NCBI GenBank assembly: GCA_036172245.1
Contig: JAYWIR010000003.1
Span: 5,394,001 to 5,458,000 of the forward strand
Direction of reading: 5' to 3'
DNA from: Raillietiella orientalis
Taxonomy: Eukaryota
Length of the DNA: 64,000 bases
The position numbers were made by a program, and so were the translations under genes. This document shows, in pieces, positions 12,601 through 24,222 of this stretch (positions are counted from its first letter, which is position 1; the number at the start of each line of letters is the position of its first letter). The notes beneath the pieces were generated by a model. The model did not search any database. It was not told the origin of the DNA and saw only the letters and a program-made list of their open reading frames with translations.

Positions 12601-15446
12601 CTAATGGCGCAGTTTCGGTGAGTGGAACAGGTGGAACAGGTGGAAAAAAAAAAAAAAGAAAGAAAATCTTGGAAGGAATCGATAACACATCTTGAAAGTT
12701 CATTTCTTATCCTAAGCAGGATACACATAGAAGGGCAGAGCAAGCAATCGTTTTGCAGAAACAGTTCGCATGCTGCGTTCAAGTGACACTGGACCAACTG
12801 GGAGTTCAAGCGAAGGAAGAGGTGACAATTCTTCAAGAAAAAAGTAACCCATCAAGGAAACGTTCATCAGAGCATATACAGAGTTGACTCAAGATGTCTC
12901 GAGAACAATCTTTCCCTGACAAAAAAAAATAGATCTCAAAAAGGAGAACTAAGAGGAGGGAAATTTACATTTACTTTTTTTACCTTCCATTTTGCTATAT
13001 AGATGCGATCGTCATTAGATAAGTTGATTGTGGCAATTAAGACAGGCTTCACGTGCAAAACACATCGTATTGGTTCAGTACCTAGAAGTGTAAAAACACT
13101 TCAGCTACGAAAATCAGTACACACACATGTAAAGCATTTCCTTCTTTCTTATCGGTTAATGCTTTCAAGACAACCGTGGTGTAAAACACAACTTGAAACT
13201 CCAGTCCTACGGATTGTAACTATTCGATAGTCATGTTAATGCCTCATCACAGGATCAGGACAGTTTTCATCGGACAAAATGCAATGCGTGCATTCGGTTT
13301 CAATAAGGACAGCTGACCCGGAAATCGACTGCCAGTATGTTTTTTTTTTTTTGTTGTTGTTGTTGTTGTTGTTTCTCTCAGCTTCCACTGTTCTCAGACA
13401 ACGCTGTCAGCCCAGGATTCTCCGTATTGGACCGATTTCCAGCCACGTGATCCTACCCTGAAATCTTTCACGGGTGCGGAAAGTAATGCGCTGGAAAGAC
13501 TGCTTCGTGTCAAAGTTTTTGTTTTTTTTCCTTTCCTGAACTCTGCGTGAAATGCACCCTTTGCTGCCGCGCGTTGCGTGGCGACCACGGCTGCGCAGCT
13601 CCCATCTTGCCACAGTCGTTCTTCTCACCGACTCACAACTGAGAATCGGCAGCCCCGCCATCTTGGAACTTCCGTCCTGCTCCGAAAAATTTGACAAAGA
13701 CCTTTCGGCGTTTGGTGGTTACTTTTGCTCGTTCACCCTTTCGACCGACGCTCGAATACCCGACGATAAAGTCATCATCATCTTCGACGATCCATGCAAG
13801 TTTCCCCATCTTCGGCTCCGAAGCGAGAAGCAGTGGGCAAAGCGTTTCAGCCCCGAAGGAAGCTCCGGATCCGAGTCCTGCTTTTTTGCTGTTTTAAAGG
13901 GAATTAGCATCGAAAGGGCACTTCGTGGTTCATGGGATTCAACCTAATGCTCCTGGCTACTATCCAATGCCTCGTGAGGTGATATAGTGCTCTAATTGCA
14001 TCCCGTTCAACCTTGGAAGCCTTTGTTCCAGAATGCAATCCTCAAAATATCCTTGATGCATCTCCCATTGATCCTCTGCGTTTGCAGTAGCTGACGAAAT
14101 TTCAGTCGCGCGCGCCTTTAATCCAGCAATCGGCTCATTATGATTGCAAAATTTATTTTCGCAGAAAAATCAACGGCATCGAATGCCCCCAAAACAGAGG
14201 GCAATGAAGAGTGACAAAGGGGAGAGCCCTACCGCGAGTGGTAGTCGGATGTGACTTGGGGCTAAACCAACGTCACGATGACTCCATGAATTTCATGAGA
14301 GCCTTTTCTTATGCAGATGCTGCCCCCAAGACAAATCAGGAGGAAAGGAAAAAGAAATTAAAAAGGCACGCATCGCGGGAATACCGTGCGTGCGAGGCTG
14401 GAATTTTTTTTTTTTTCCTTTTTCTTTTCTTTCTTTCTTCCTCCTCTCTGCAGATCTCCCGAGCGTTCGGGGGAAACTGTGCGACGTGCAGTGTTTCGCG
14501 GAGTCGCAAACACACTTTGGAATTTAGGATCCCTCCTGTGTCAGAACTGAACGTGGCAATGACCTAGCTGCTTCCGCTTCTGTCAGCTGGAGATGGAAGG
14601 ACTCGACTGAGATGCAGCAAAGAAGCGAAGAACGCGAGCACATCTCAGATCCGCACCGATCGCTTCCGGGAACGGATGCCCTGGAGAATTATGGATTCCG
14701 TGGGATGCTTCGGATTTCCCAATCAGCTCGTAATCAAAGATCGCACCAGCTTGTTCTTCCATCGGAAATCCTTCGAAGCTCCGTCCGTTCCTTCCGCCGC
14801 TTCCAGGTTTTTTGTCCTTTCCGGCGCGCTTCGGAACTTGCAGTCGATACGAGGCTCGATGGAACCTTGACCGTTGGTCACGGCTGGAGCTCAAGAGCTG
14901 TGTCTGTGTAGACGATTAATTTAACAGGCAGCCGAAAAGATGAGGGAACGAACACTGGCCCGAGTGGAGCCGAGCGATCGCAAAAAGGGACACCCAAAAC
15001 CGACCGTCACTTCACATCACTTTCTTTGTGACGGTTTCCCATTACACACGCTGGGATTGATGGCGAATCCTGGAAGCGGGAGGAACAAAAGAGCAGACAA
15101 TGAAACAAAAGAAAACAAAAACAAAAACGTTCAGCTGCCAAGAAGCATTAGCAGCAGCATGCTCATTTGGTTGTTTCGTTTTCATCCTCTGACGTCTTTC
15201 TCCTTTTTTCCCCCTCTCTTGCTTCATCCTTGTTTGCTCTTCGTTCTGTTTCGGATAACAAAATGGAAAACAAAAACAAAGAAAAAAAAATCAATTTTTT
15301 TTTCACTTCCGTGTTCGTGCACTCGGCAAGTGGAATCTGGCGAACCTCGTTGATCATCGAGACTGATCAATTAAATTGTATGAATGTTTCTCAGAAAAGC
15401 CATTTTTCTTTCTGATTTTATCTTTCACGACGTGACGACCCCCCTT

Positions 15447-15477
<31 letters not shown>

Positions 15478-18400
15478 AAACCAAAAAACCAAATAGATGA
15501 AGATTCGAGAAATAAGCAGCAGCCTTTCCCGGAGCTTGAGAATACACTCAATTTCCAGCACGCATGAAAACACGGATGTGTTGGGGAGTGAACTCACGAT
15601 CTATCCACTTTTGGATACCGAGCGCCGAGCCGGGACGAAAGTGCCTGGAGAGATCCAGTTCCAGGAGCCTGCATGGTTTCGGGGATTGCCGTCTTCTTTC
15701 ATGATTTCCTTTCCTACAATTTCTAAGGGCTCTTCGGTAGCCGAAAGACGGAAGGGAAACGGACGCCGCGAATGGTGGCGAATGTGGGAAATCGAGGGAT
15801 ATCCCTCAAGGTGGAGCCGGAAGCGGCCGTCGGCTGCATCTCATTTCGGATCGCTCATCCCCGATCCGGGCACCAACTCCCTCCTCCGAGCGAGTGCTCG
15901 CTCTCCCGCAACCGTCGGTTCAGAGGACGGCCGTCTGCCAAAGGCGGAGGGAGACGGCGGGTGGGCCCTGCGGCGGTGGCTCGCGCGGGAGGCAGGCAAC
16001 GGGGGAGCTGCTGCGGGCACAAGGGCGCTCGTCTCTCGTGCAGCCTCGCGGAACACCGAGATTCAGACGGAAGGTGCTGGTCTTCCGTGGGAGACGGCTA
16101 CTTACCGGCATGGTCTGGCTTCCATGTAGCGTGTTTATGGCCGACTGAGCTTCCGTGTGCGTTCCGAACTTGACGAACGCGCAACCTGAAACAAAATGAG
16201 ACCATTCCTGAGAACGCGTTTCCAAGGAGCGGGTTGATCGGGCTGTTTTCGTCATCGGGACTCGATTTGGAAGGCGGGCGCGCAACGGCTTCTTGCTCGT
16301 TGCTCTAATGCGAAACCACCCGTGGAACGAAAAGGGATTTCGTGAAGATCAGGATCGATACGTCTCCGAGACCTTGGATTTAAAAATAAAACAAAAATGC
16401 AAGGAACAAACGCTCGAGAAACTCGAGAAATTTTCTGCATTGAGAAGATTCGAGGTTGAGGAGGATACCCATCTGAAAGGTTAAGGATTTGGACGCCCTC
16501 CGACAACCACTTTGCACCGTTGGCACCGTGCAGAAGAGCGCTTCCTGCCAGCCCCCCCCCCCCTCCCTTCAAAGGCGTTGGCAGCAGGGACGAGTCCGGA
16601 AAGAGGACAAAAAGCAACAGGGATGGATGGATCGATATCGATGTGCAACGGTGGGGCTGGCAAGGCTGGAGATCCTCAGGCGCTCTCCTGGACTCTCCTG
16701 CGACCGAAGATGAAATGAGCGCACCCCGAGTAGCTAAGGAGTCCCGATGGGAGAAGCGTTCGCAGGGGAAGGGAAGGAAGGGTCTTCGAAGTCTCTTCTG
16801 CGTCTGCGACCACTCCCACCTGCCGTCTCCTGGCGACCTGCTCTCTCTGATGCGCGCGAGTTTGATGGCGAGCAAGCCGAGAACTCCACCGAGAAGCACG
16901 AGAAGCAGCAGCCTGAGGAGGAGGGAAAACACGGACCGACCACGGAGCCGAGCTCGAGGATTTCCAGGAAATCCCCCGTTAGCGATTTTTGAGCAAACCA
17001 GCGGCAGCGGCGCGACGGTTTCCGTTTGCACGCATTCGTCGGACCTGCCCACAAGATCGCAGTTTCACAGGATTTGGGGCTGGACCGAGCCAGGATCCGC
17101 GCTCCTGCACCAGGCTAGGCGCGATATTTCCCGGTTCTCCTTCGAATTGTCCTGGAAACTCCGAAGTGATCCGGCGTGAGAAATTAACTATTGGCCGCAT
17201 GCCTATTGGAAAAATTTGGCCTTTTGTCCCACCCCCCCCCTTTTTTTTTTTCCTTCTGTCTTCTTCTATTCTTCTCATTGACGACATGTACTCCATCTCA
17301 ATAGAGATTTCAAGCCTCAGTTGAGATGCCTCTACAGCTTAGTATCCAAGAACGGGGAGTCTGCAAAAAGGTGCTCTTCTTCAGGAGTCTCGAGGGTTCG
17401 ATACTTCGGGGAGTTCTGGTCGCTTCTGAGAACCAACTTCATTAGGAAACGAATTTTCTCAGGAGGCCGTTAAAGTCCACTTGACGAGAGGATGCCTTTC
17501 CTCACGTATGCTGGGAACAAAAAGGGTCCATTTCCATCGTTCTCGACTTCTGAATCATGTCAGCAGGTCTTTCTGACGGAAGACCCCGCGAGACTACGTG
17601 TGCCAGCTGGGAAGCTCTGAACACGTCCCCCTTCCTGGCTCCCCATGAGGAACGGCACGTTCATAGTCGAGATCTACGGAATGAAATTAGCAGCCAGCAT
17701 CACCGTTCTGGCGTTTGGTCCTTTTCTCTTCCTCGGACACACTTCCCTCTCTTAGAGATACACAAAGCAAGTGAATCGAGTGTGAAGCAGCTCTTCATGT
17801 CACCAGGAGGCATTTCTCTGTCAACCAAGCTGACTATCAGCACTAGACAGACTGCCTGTGATTAATTTCGGACCTGGATCGTGGAGAATCTTCTTCTTCC
17901 TGGGTGACTAGTTTTCTTCTTGGAGGGAGCTCCCCTCTCTTCTGCACTTTTTACTGTCCCGAATGGCTAATCCTGGAAGGAACGATCTTCCTTCCCATCC
18001 TTTATCTCGTTTCTTCTGCTCCTCCCATTCTGCCCTTCGTCGTCGGAGGACTGCTGCGGCAATCCAAGAGAAAGGATTGTGCAAGATACTGCTACTGCCA
18101 ACGATGCCTTAGCCGTGAGAGCGGGAATTGGCTGGCCAGACTATCCGGGAGGCGTCCCGCTGCTCGTACCAGACACCATTTGGAGTCTCCTCACTCAAAG
18201 TCGCTTTCATTCGGCGAAACCGAAGATTGTCTTCAGCCAGCTTCTGTTCGGAGTCGAACCTGGTCTGCCGGGATTTCCGTTTTCCCAACTTTGGAACGCT
18301 TCCCGTCCGTGCGCTTCGAGCCTGGAAACCGACTAGTGATCGGGAGAGTTGGTATCGCAGCTTCAGTTCAAAAGTAGCGAAGGTTCGCTGTCCCTCCTTG

Positions 18401-21400
18401 TTGAATTTTCGAGACTTTTGGTTTCTGGAAGGCCTCTCAAACTTTTGGAACGCATCCCCGTATGTCCTCCGGATAGGCTCGACCTGACTTCCCAGCAACC
18501 AAAGGTCATGACCGAGAACATCACTCTCGTGATAAAAATTTGCGAAACTCCTCGCGAATTTTCAGCCCTTGACAACCATCGAAGGCCTTTCTTTCAACTA
18601 GGGCGCTGTCCTTTGCATCTCATTCTGCAGGTACATGGCCAGTTCGAGACGCAGCGACCGGATGCAGTTCCCCCTCTCGAATCATGCCTTCGCTGTGTGC
18701 ACGAGAAGATTTACGGTCTTGCGACCCGTGAAGCCGTTCTTCCTATGTCACATCGATTCCTGCCAATTCTAAAGGGATAGGGAAGGCGGCTTTCTTGACA
18801 CATCCCATTCACAGACAGACATACAGAAACTTCATTTCTTTTAGGACTCCTAGAACAGAGGGGATTGGTGTCTAATAATTTCTACAGCTGAATGTTTCCA
18901 TAAAGGCTCAAATCTTCTAGAGAATCCAGAAAATTACTAAGGACAAAGGCACGCACGCTCCTCCCATCATTCGTTTCCCCGTGATGGCCTCACGTGGAAT
19001 TTCCTCTCCAGATGAAACAGGTCGGCGCATTATTTGCTGAGAAGGCTTTGCTCCATCGCGAGGAAGAAATCGCTCCAGAGGCTTAAGACAAAAAAAATAT
19101 TGGCCCTCTCTCCTTTGAATGGAACCTTCTGGAAAACTCTAAGAGATTGCAATGGGGAGCATGGGGATTCCACAGAGAATTCATCGAGGACCCTGGGTGT
19201 CTTTTAGAATCCAATAAATTCGATTGGGAAGCTTCGGCTTATCATCCAAGGGAATTCATTGGTTACTTCTTCTTCCGGCAGCCTTTTGGCTTCTTCCAAG
19301 GAGCCAGCACAAAATCCCATCAGTTGTGCGTACATCTTGCTCGACTTTCGACTCATGTCCTTGCTTTTGCCTTTGACCTCTCTTCGCATCTCAAGAAGAA
19401 AGCCGTCTGAAGTCGGTATGCCCAGCGAAGCAGGTTTTAATTATGAATTTCTCCTCTTTCATTTTCAAGAAACGCTTTCCGGGAAACTGGAGGGCTGCTG
19501 CTCGTTGCGCAGAAGGACGGTGATCTTCCATTTGGTCCGAGACGCCATCAAATCGGAATGCAGCACGGAAGTTTCCTCGTCACAAAAAATTCCCATCCTT
19601 GCAGAAGATTACAGACTCCGACCTGGCGTTCCCGGAACGAATTTCTTTCTTATCCTGTCTCCTACGTGGGAACAAATTTTCTGCTTCGGCACCTCCATGA
19701 ATTTATCTCCGCGCAGATGCACACTCCTCGCGCTACCGTGTGATCTCTCTGTTACCATCACCGGTTTGCACGAATGTGTCTCTTTGCGCTCCGGTTAAGA
19801 GCGTTGGCACGTCTCGAAGGTCCCCCCAAAGAGGCAAAACGCAGGTCACCACCAGCAACGCACAGACGGCTTGCGATTCTCTCTCAAGCAGAGGGAAACG
19901 CAACGGCCATTTCCTTTTAGGCGCTTATTTTTTATCCGCCCCCGTCTCCCTCTATTTCAGTATCCCTTGTAGCAGATGATGCATTGGAAAGCAGCTTCAA
20001 AGGGGATAAGTAGCCATTAGACAGCTGCGAAGTTTGCTTCAGATGGCTCGAAATTGAATTCCAATTCTCGAACATTCGGAAGCGGTGATGGATTTTTTTT
20101 GGAATTCTCTATCCACATGCGTTCGGTTCAATATGGTGTTTCTTCCTGCTGCGGTAACACCCGCATCGATTGCTTGAAACAAACTTGCAATACACCATCT
20201 TATTTAGCGCTCTGCTCCGCTGCACTCTGGTCCTCGAACGGGAAGCAATTCGGCTGTTATCTTCGGATTCAACCACAATCAGCCTGTCATCTCCGAAGCA
20301 GAGTAAATTCAAGCGACTCGTGCATTTTCAATGCGCAGGAAGGACGAAATCGAATTTCGTCGCCGACACACAGCTTTCATGTCAGGAAAGCAATAAATTC
20401 CTTTCCAAAGAAAAGTTGGTTTTCCGAGACAGTGTGTGGAGAGGCACGTAATCCTCCGGGAGAGCAATGGCAAGGCAACTTGCTTAGCGTGCGAAGCAGT
20501 GCACCAGCATCCTACGGATGCACACATCTGCGGCGGGGGATGCGATCTGCGACAGATCTTGCCACCGCAGCAGCTTCTTGAGCTCCTGGACCACGAGGAA
20601 GCCAACTACCAGGCTTCGGATTCATTTGGAAAATTCTTTGGATGTGCGGGAAGGGAAAGCAAGATCCGCGCACGTGATCCACGTCCATGGATGCCTTCGA
20701 GCGTGACCTCCGAGCGTCACGGACGGCGACCTCCGAACGAAGGACGCGCGGCATGCAGAATTCAGCGCAGGTGCTCCGTGAGCGCGAGAAACGGACGCCT
20801 CATGTGAAAAGGTGGAACCAGGGGAACACCTCCGACTCCCCCCCTTCCCACTCTGTATACCCGGACGCTCGGCAAACTAGGAGTGTCGGAAGCCACCGGG
20901 AACCGTGAAGCAAATCAGGGAGAAACAAAATCGGACGAGTGCGACACGCAGAAACCAATCTACGATTGCAAATTCAATCAGCTGATCAGAGAATTCATTG
21001 CTGCTCATGAAGTTTGGCTGCGAACGCGATTACTTTGTTTCTAAAGAAGTCCTGGGTGCGCTCAATAGAATACGGGCTTGTTTGATGTGTGGGATCTCTT
21101 TGGAAAGTTTCCCTTGGAAATTCGAAAAGCTGGAATTCATCAGGACACTTGAAACTCCTTAATGATCAATTTGCCTGGATCAGCGATTTTTATCCATTGC
21201 TGTTGAATCATCAGGGAAATCATGATCGATATTTGATCCTTCGTTTCCAGATTCCATCATTAATTTTGCATACCGATGTTTCCTTCCAGATTCTTCCATT
21301 CAATATTTATGAAGAGAACAGATATTAATCAGCTTAGTCCCGCGCAAGAAAATTCCGTATCAATTTTGTACGGAAGTGTTTACAGTGGAATAATGGAGAA

Positions 21401-24222
21401 AGCTGTCTTCTGGTGTCATGAAACGATGCGAGAGCAAATAATGCAGATTCGGGAGACCGGTGTCTGGGTCCCTTCTTCATCCCAGTGTGCACGAAGCATT
21501 TTTGTGCATAGATTTTGTCGACGGCAATGGATGATGGGGAAATGCTGTCACAAGTTAGCCAGCATCCAAAGTTAGCGGATGCCGAGAAGGTACATTGAAG
21601 AAATCCGTCCTACATGTAAAGCGCATTCTTCGAGGCTGGGGCTCCGGCATGATGGCCGAGCACCCGTGGCTGCGCAGATTCGCTCATTGCCAAAGAAAAT
21701 CGAAGCATCCTGCATCCTTCATGCCTGCATCCTTCCGAGTAGAGAGCGACTTTTGGCCACGTCAGACTTTTCGACGCATGGATCCTTTGAAAGCTCGAGA
21801 AACCTGCGTCCTTAATTTACTTCTCACTTTTTACGAGTGCACAATTCATTGGCGTTTGCGATTTGCTACTTCTTTGAGGTAGGGATTTTCCGGACCAATC
21901 TCAAATATCGCTTGCGAAGTGCTCATTGCTCTGAGCATCTCGTTTCCCTGGATTTCCTGGATCCGTTCCGTTCACCGTACCGTACTTGGTTTGGATCTGC
22001 TCAAGTTCATTTTCCCAAAGTGGTGCTCGAAGCGCGTGCAATCCGAACAGCTCGAACCCCCCGAAAAATCACTCCGCGTAAGGAACACGAAATGCCATTA
22101 TCCTTCGGGTTTTCCCGATATTCCTTGTCTTTCGTGCTCTCTTCAGCACTGCCGGAAGAACGCGATGGAACGCCAATGCCAAACACGGAGTTGCAACAAG
22201 ACGTCGAGAGCGACGAGGCCTCTTTTCGAACCTCAAGCAAATTAATTGAGTGGTGAATATTCGCGTCTTTCCATGGTCTTTAATGAGCCTGCGACGCTCT
22301 TTTTTACCCAGCTCTTTCCACGGAGTGCGAAAAGCCCCTGAAGTCGCATAATGGCACGATGAATCAAAGACGCTTTGCAAGAGAAAACATGGAAGAGCAG
22401 AGGACCGCGCCTGACGAACGAACAAAGAAACCGCCGCAAGCATTCTCTCTGAAATTCGAAATTCGGTGCTTTTATCAAATGTGGCAACGTGGACCGTTAT
22501 TTCGGGACTCTGGTTACCTTTGCTCATTCCGTCAGCTCCTCTCAGAATGGTGCATTCTTCGATGGTACCAAAAGGCTGGAACAGTTGCCGAATGTCATCC
22601 TCCGTCTGTTGTTTGCTAAGCATTCCCACAAACAATTTTCTGTCCTCTGAAATTGTGTGAGCAACAGTAAGTCGTTGGCTTTATCGAGTCGCTGCCTTTT
22701 TGCCTTGACAAGAAAAAAAACCAAAACAAAAAACAAAAACAAATCGAAAGGGCGCGTGCAGACTCAAGCGAAACAAGGAAATTTCAAATAACACAGAGCA
22801 CGAAAGGATTGGCCCTCAACACAACAAACACCTTTTGGATTCCTCATTGCAAAAAGAAGCTTTTGCATCTTTGGTTTGTTTGCTCATGGATGCGAGCTCA
22901 ATCGGTTGCGGATAGCCGGTTTCACAGGACAACACAAACAGAAAAAACAAATCCATTTCCTTGTTTGCCACTTGAAGAGACACCTTCGACAAACTCGGTC
23001 TCCAAAACTTACCTTTCGCAGTCCTTATGAATAGGAAACGGGATGCGGATGCGAGAAAATACCCCAGTCCCTTGCATGTGTGCGAGAATATTCTCAGCAT
23101 GTCGGCGTCTGATCGCAGGAACGTCGCTGCAGCAACGTCAGATGTTGCTGCAGCGACGGAGATGTGGCTGCATCCCATCGAAATCGATTTCCGTGCGTGC
23201 TTGGAAGTGCAAACGAGATGTCCCGACTTTTTTTGATCGAGAAGTGCGACGTGGCCAGCACAGAAGCAAGAGTTCCTGAAACTTCAGCCGTGCACAGACA
23301 AACATACAAAATTCAGGAACTGATAGCCACAGGGACGGAGTGCGCGCAGACCAATGACCGGGTTGCCATCTCCGTTACCGACTGGCACGTCTTTGTGATT
23401 CCCGGTCACTGGCCGCGGAATTCGTTCCATGAGTACCCTTGTGGTGATTGCCCTCCGTTCCAGAGCATTCACGAATTATTGAGAAGGGAAGAGAGCAGCG
23501 AAAGAAGCGAAAGACGCGATAGATGTTGGAACCCAGACCCAAAGCTCTTTTGACTTCCTGTTCGCTTCTTTTCGGTACGCCGCCACCCCAGAACGCTTCC
23601 GAGCGGCCCGGAGCGACCCGAGGAAGTGTGTTGGTTGTGCCCACGAGAAGGAAGCGAGAGAGAGAGAGCACTCGGCGCGACCTCTTGAAAAGATCAGCCG
23701 GTGTCTCAGAGCACGAGGAAGGAAGATCCGACACCCGCAGTCACTGGGACAGCTCCGCTGCGGTGGGAGGCGGTCAAGGAACGATGACGGTGCCAGCGAA
23801 GCGGTGAGCAACTGAATAGAGTGGGGAAGTCTCCTTCCGAAACTGTTCCTTCATCTGCAGCATCCACGAGAACGTCACTGTTTTGCCCGACTAGGTCCAG
23901 AGGCTACCTCATGCCAGTTCCCCCCCGGATGTGAACAGGTAGTGAAGTACGAGAAGCACAGGCAGATGTGCGCGTAGTCCGTTTCTGGGATCAGCATGCC
24001 CAAGACCGTTAGGCGTCCTGCTCGCTTGAACGTGACCATGCCACACACCCCAACAAGCAACCGACAACACCATTAGGAAGCTTTGCTGATGGCGGCCACC
24101 AGGACCAGGCCATCACATGACGGAGTATTCACCCTTGGCTTTCCATATGGGTAACGGCAGAATAAAGTCTCACCTCCACGACTTTCGCTGTCAGCTGGCT
24201 TTACTTGAATGGGCCGATTCAT
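764..24222 (-). CDS. bru3: CELF3-6/Bruno-3-like RNA-binding protein gene, partial (9 coding exons in window; 5' and 3' ends not found)
   Basis: Spliced translation is continuous and in phase: [64 protein letters not shown]../[10 protein letters not shown]../..LPSPT../..PNG../..[40 protein letters not shown]. These motifs are characteristic of CELF3-6 rather than CELF1/2. All introns are GT-AG. Confidence 0.97.
2544..2690 (-). CDS. bru3: bru3/CELF exon, 147 nt, (D)[48 protein letters not shown](G), phase 1 to 1; 5' boundary less certain
   Basis: Donor AAG|gtaagc follows QKEG, matching the family QREG. YGQF motif present. The nearest phase-compatible AG acceptor is ctcctcattgcag at 2691-2692, and the frame is open throughout. 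Confidence 0.82.
2839..2913 (-). CDS. bru3: bru3/CELF exon, 75 nt, (H)[24 protein letters not shown] (divergent domain), phase 1 to 1
   Basis: Acceptor is a long T run then atccag|AT, donor TAG|gtgagc; open and phase-compatible. Confidence 0.88.
   Translation of the reverse strand: MRASRMVNRPYLHLFLVCKPILLA
4035..4220 (-). CDS. bru3: bru3/CELF exon, 186 nt, (G)[61 protein letters not shown] (divergent domain), phase 1 to 1
   Basis: Acceptor tttttctctcag|GA, donor CAC|gtaagg; open frame, compatible phases; LPSPT resembles arthropod Bru-3 as I recall it. Confidence 0.88.
7511..7553 (+). repeat. Poly(A) run followed by (AG)n microsatellite
   Basis: Read directly; in the pre-mRNA it is a (CU)n/U-rich tract just downstream of the 7567 donor. 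Confidence 0.9.
7567..7708 (-). CDS. bru3: bru3/CELF exon, 142 nt, [47 protein letters not shown](G) (divergent domain), phase 0 to 1
   Basis: Acceptor tgtgctttcag|TTC, donor CAG|gtaagg; QQQAALMA motif of CELF3-6. Confidence 0.94.
9596..9622 (+). repeat. Poly(T)27
   Basis: Read directly. Confidence 0.95.
11026..11178 (-). CDS. bru3: bru3/CELF exon, 153 nt, [51 protein letters not shown], phase 0 to 0
   Basis: Acceptor tttgatgcag|GGG, donor ACG|gtaagc; characteristic end of CELF3-6 RRM2. Confidence 0.96.
12046..12080 (+). repeat. Imperfect (TG)n microsatellite
   Basis: tgcgtgcgtgtgtgtgtgtgtgtgcgcgtgtgtgt. Confidence 0.9.
13341..13372 (+). repeat. Poly(T) followed by (TTG)n microsatellite
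   Basis: Read directly. Confidence 0.9.
16106..16185 (-). CDS. bru3: bru3/CELF exon, 80 nt, (G)[26 protein letters not shown] (RRM2 RNP1), phase 1 to 0
   Basis: Acceptor ttttgtttcag|GT, donor CCG|gtaagt; completes RNP1 KGCAFVKF. Confidence 0.97.
22518..22646 (-). CDS. bru3: bru3/CELF exon, 129 nt, (E)[42 protein letters not shown](G) (first half of RRM2), phase 1 to 1
   Basis: Acceptor caatttcag|AG, donor AAG|gtaacc; RNP2 motif LFVGML; largely within ORF 22069-22635. Confidence 0.97.
24174..24222 (-). CDS. bru3: bru3/CELF exon, 49 nt, [16 protein letters not shown] (end of RRM1 and linker), phase 0 to 1
   Basis: Minus strand reads ctttttcttgcag|ATGAATCGGCCCATTCAAGTAAAGCCAGCTGACAGCGAAAGTCGTGGAG|gtgaga. 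This reading frame is absent from the ORF track; found by motif search. Confidence 0.96.

Noticed and set aside
22130..22146. Minus-strand CTGAAGAG-AGCA-CGAAA, hammerhead-like core
   Set aside because: Flanks cannot form stems I and III.
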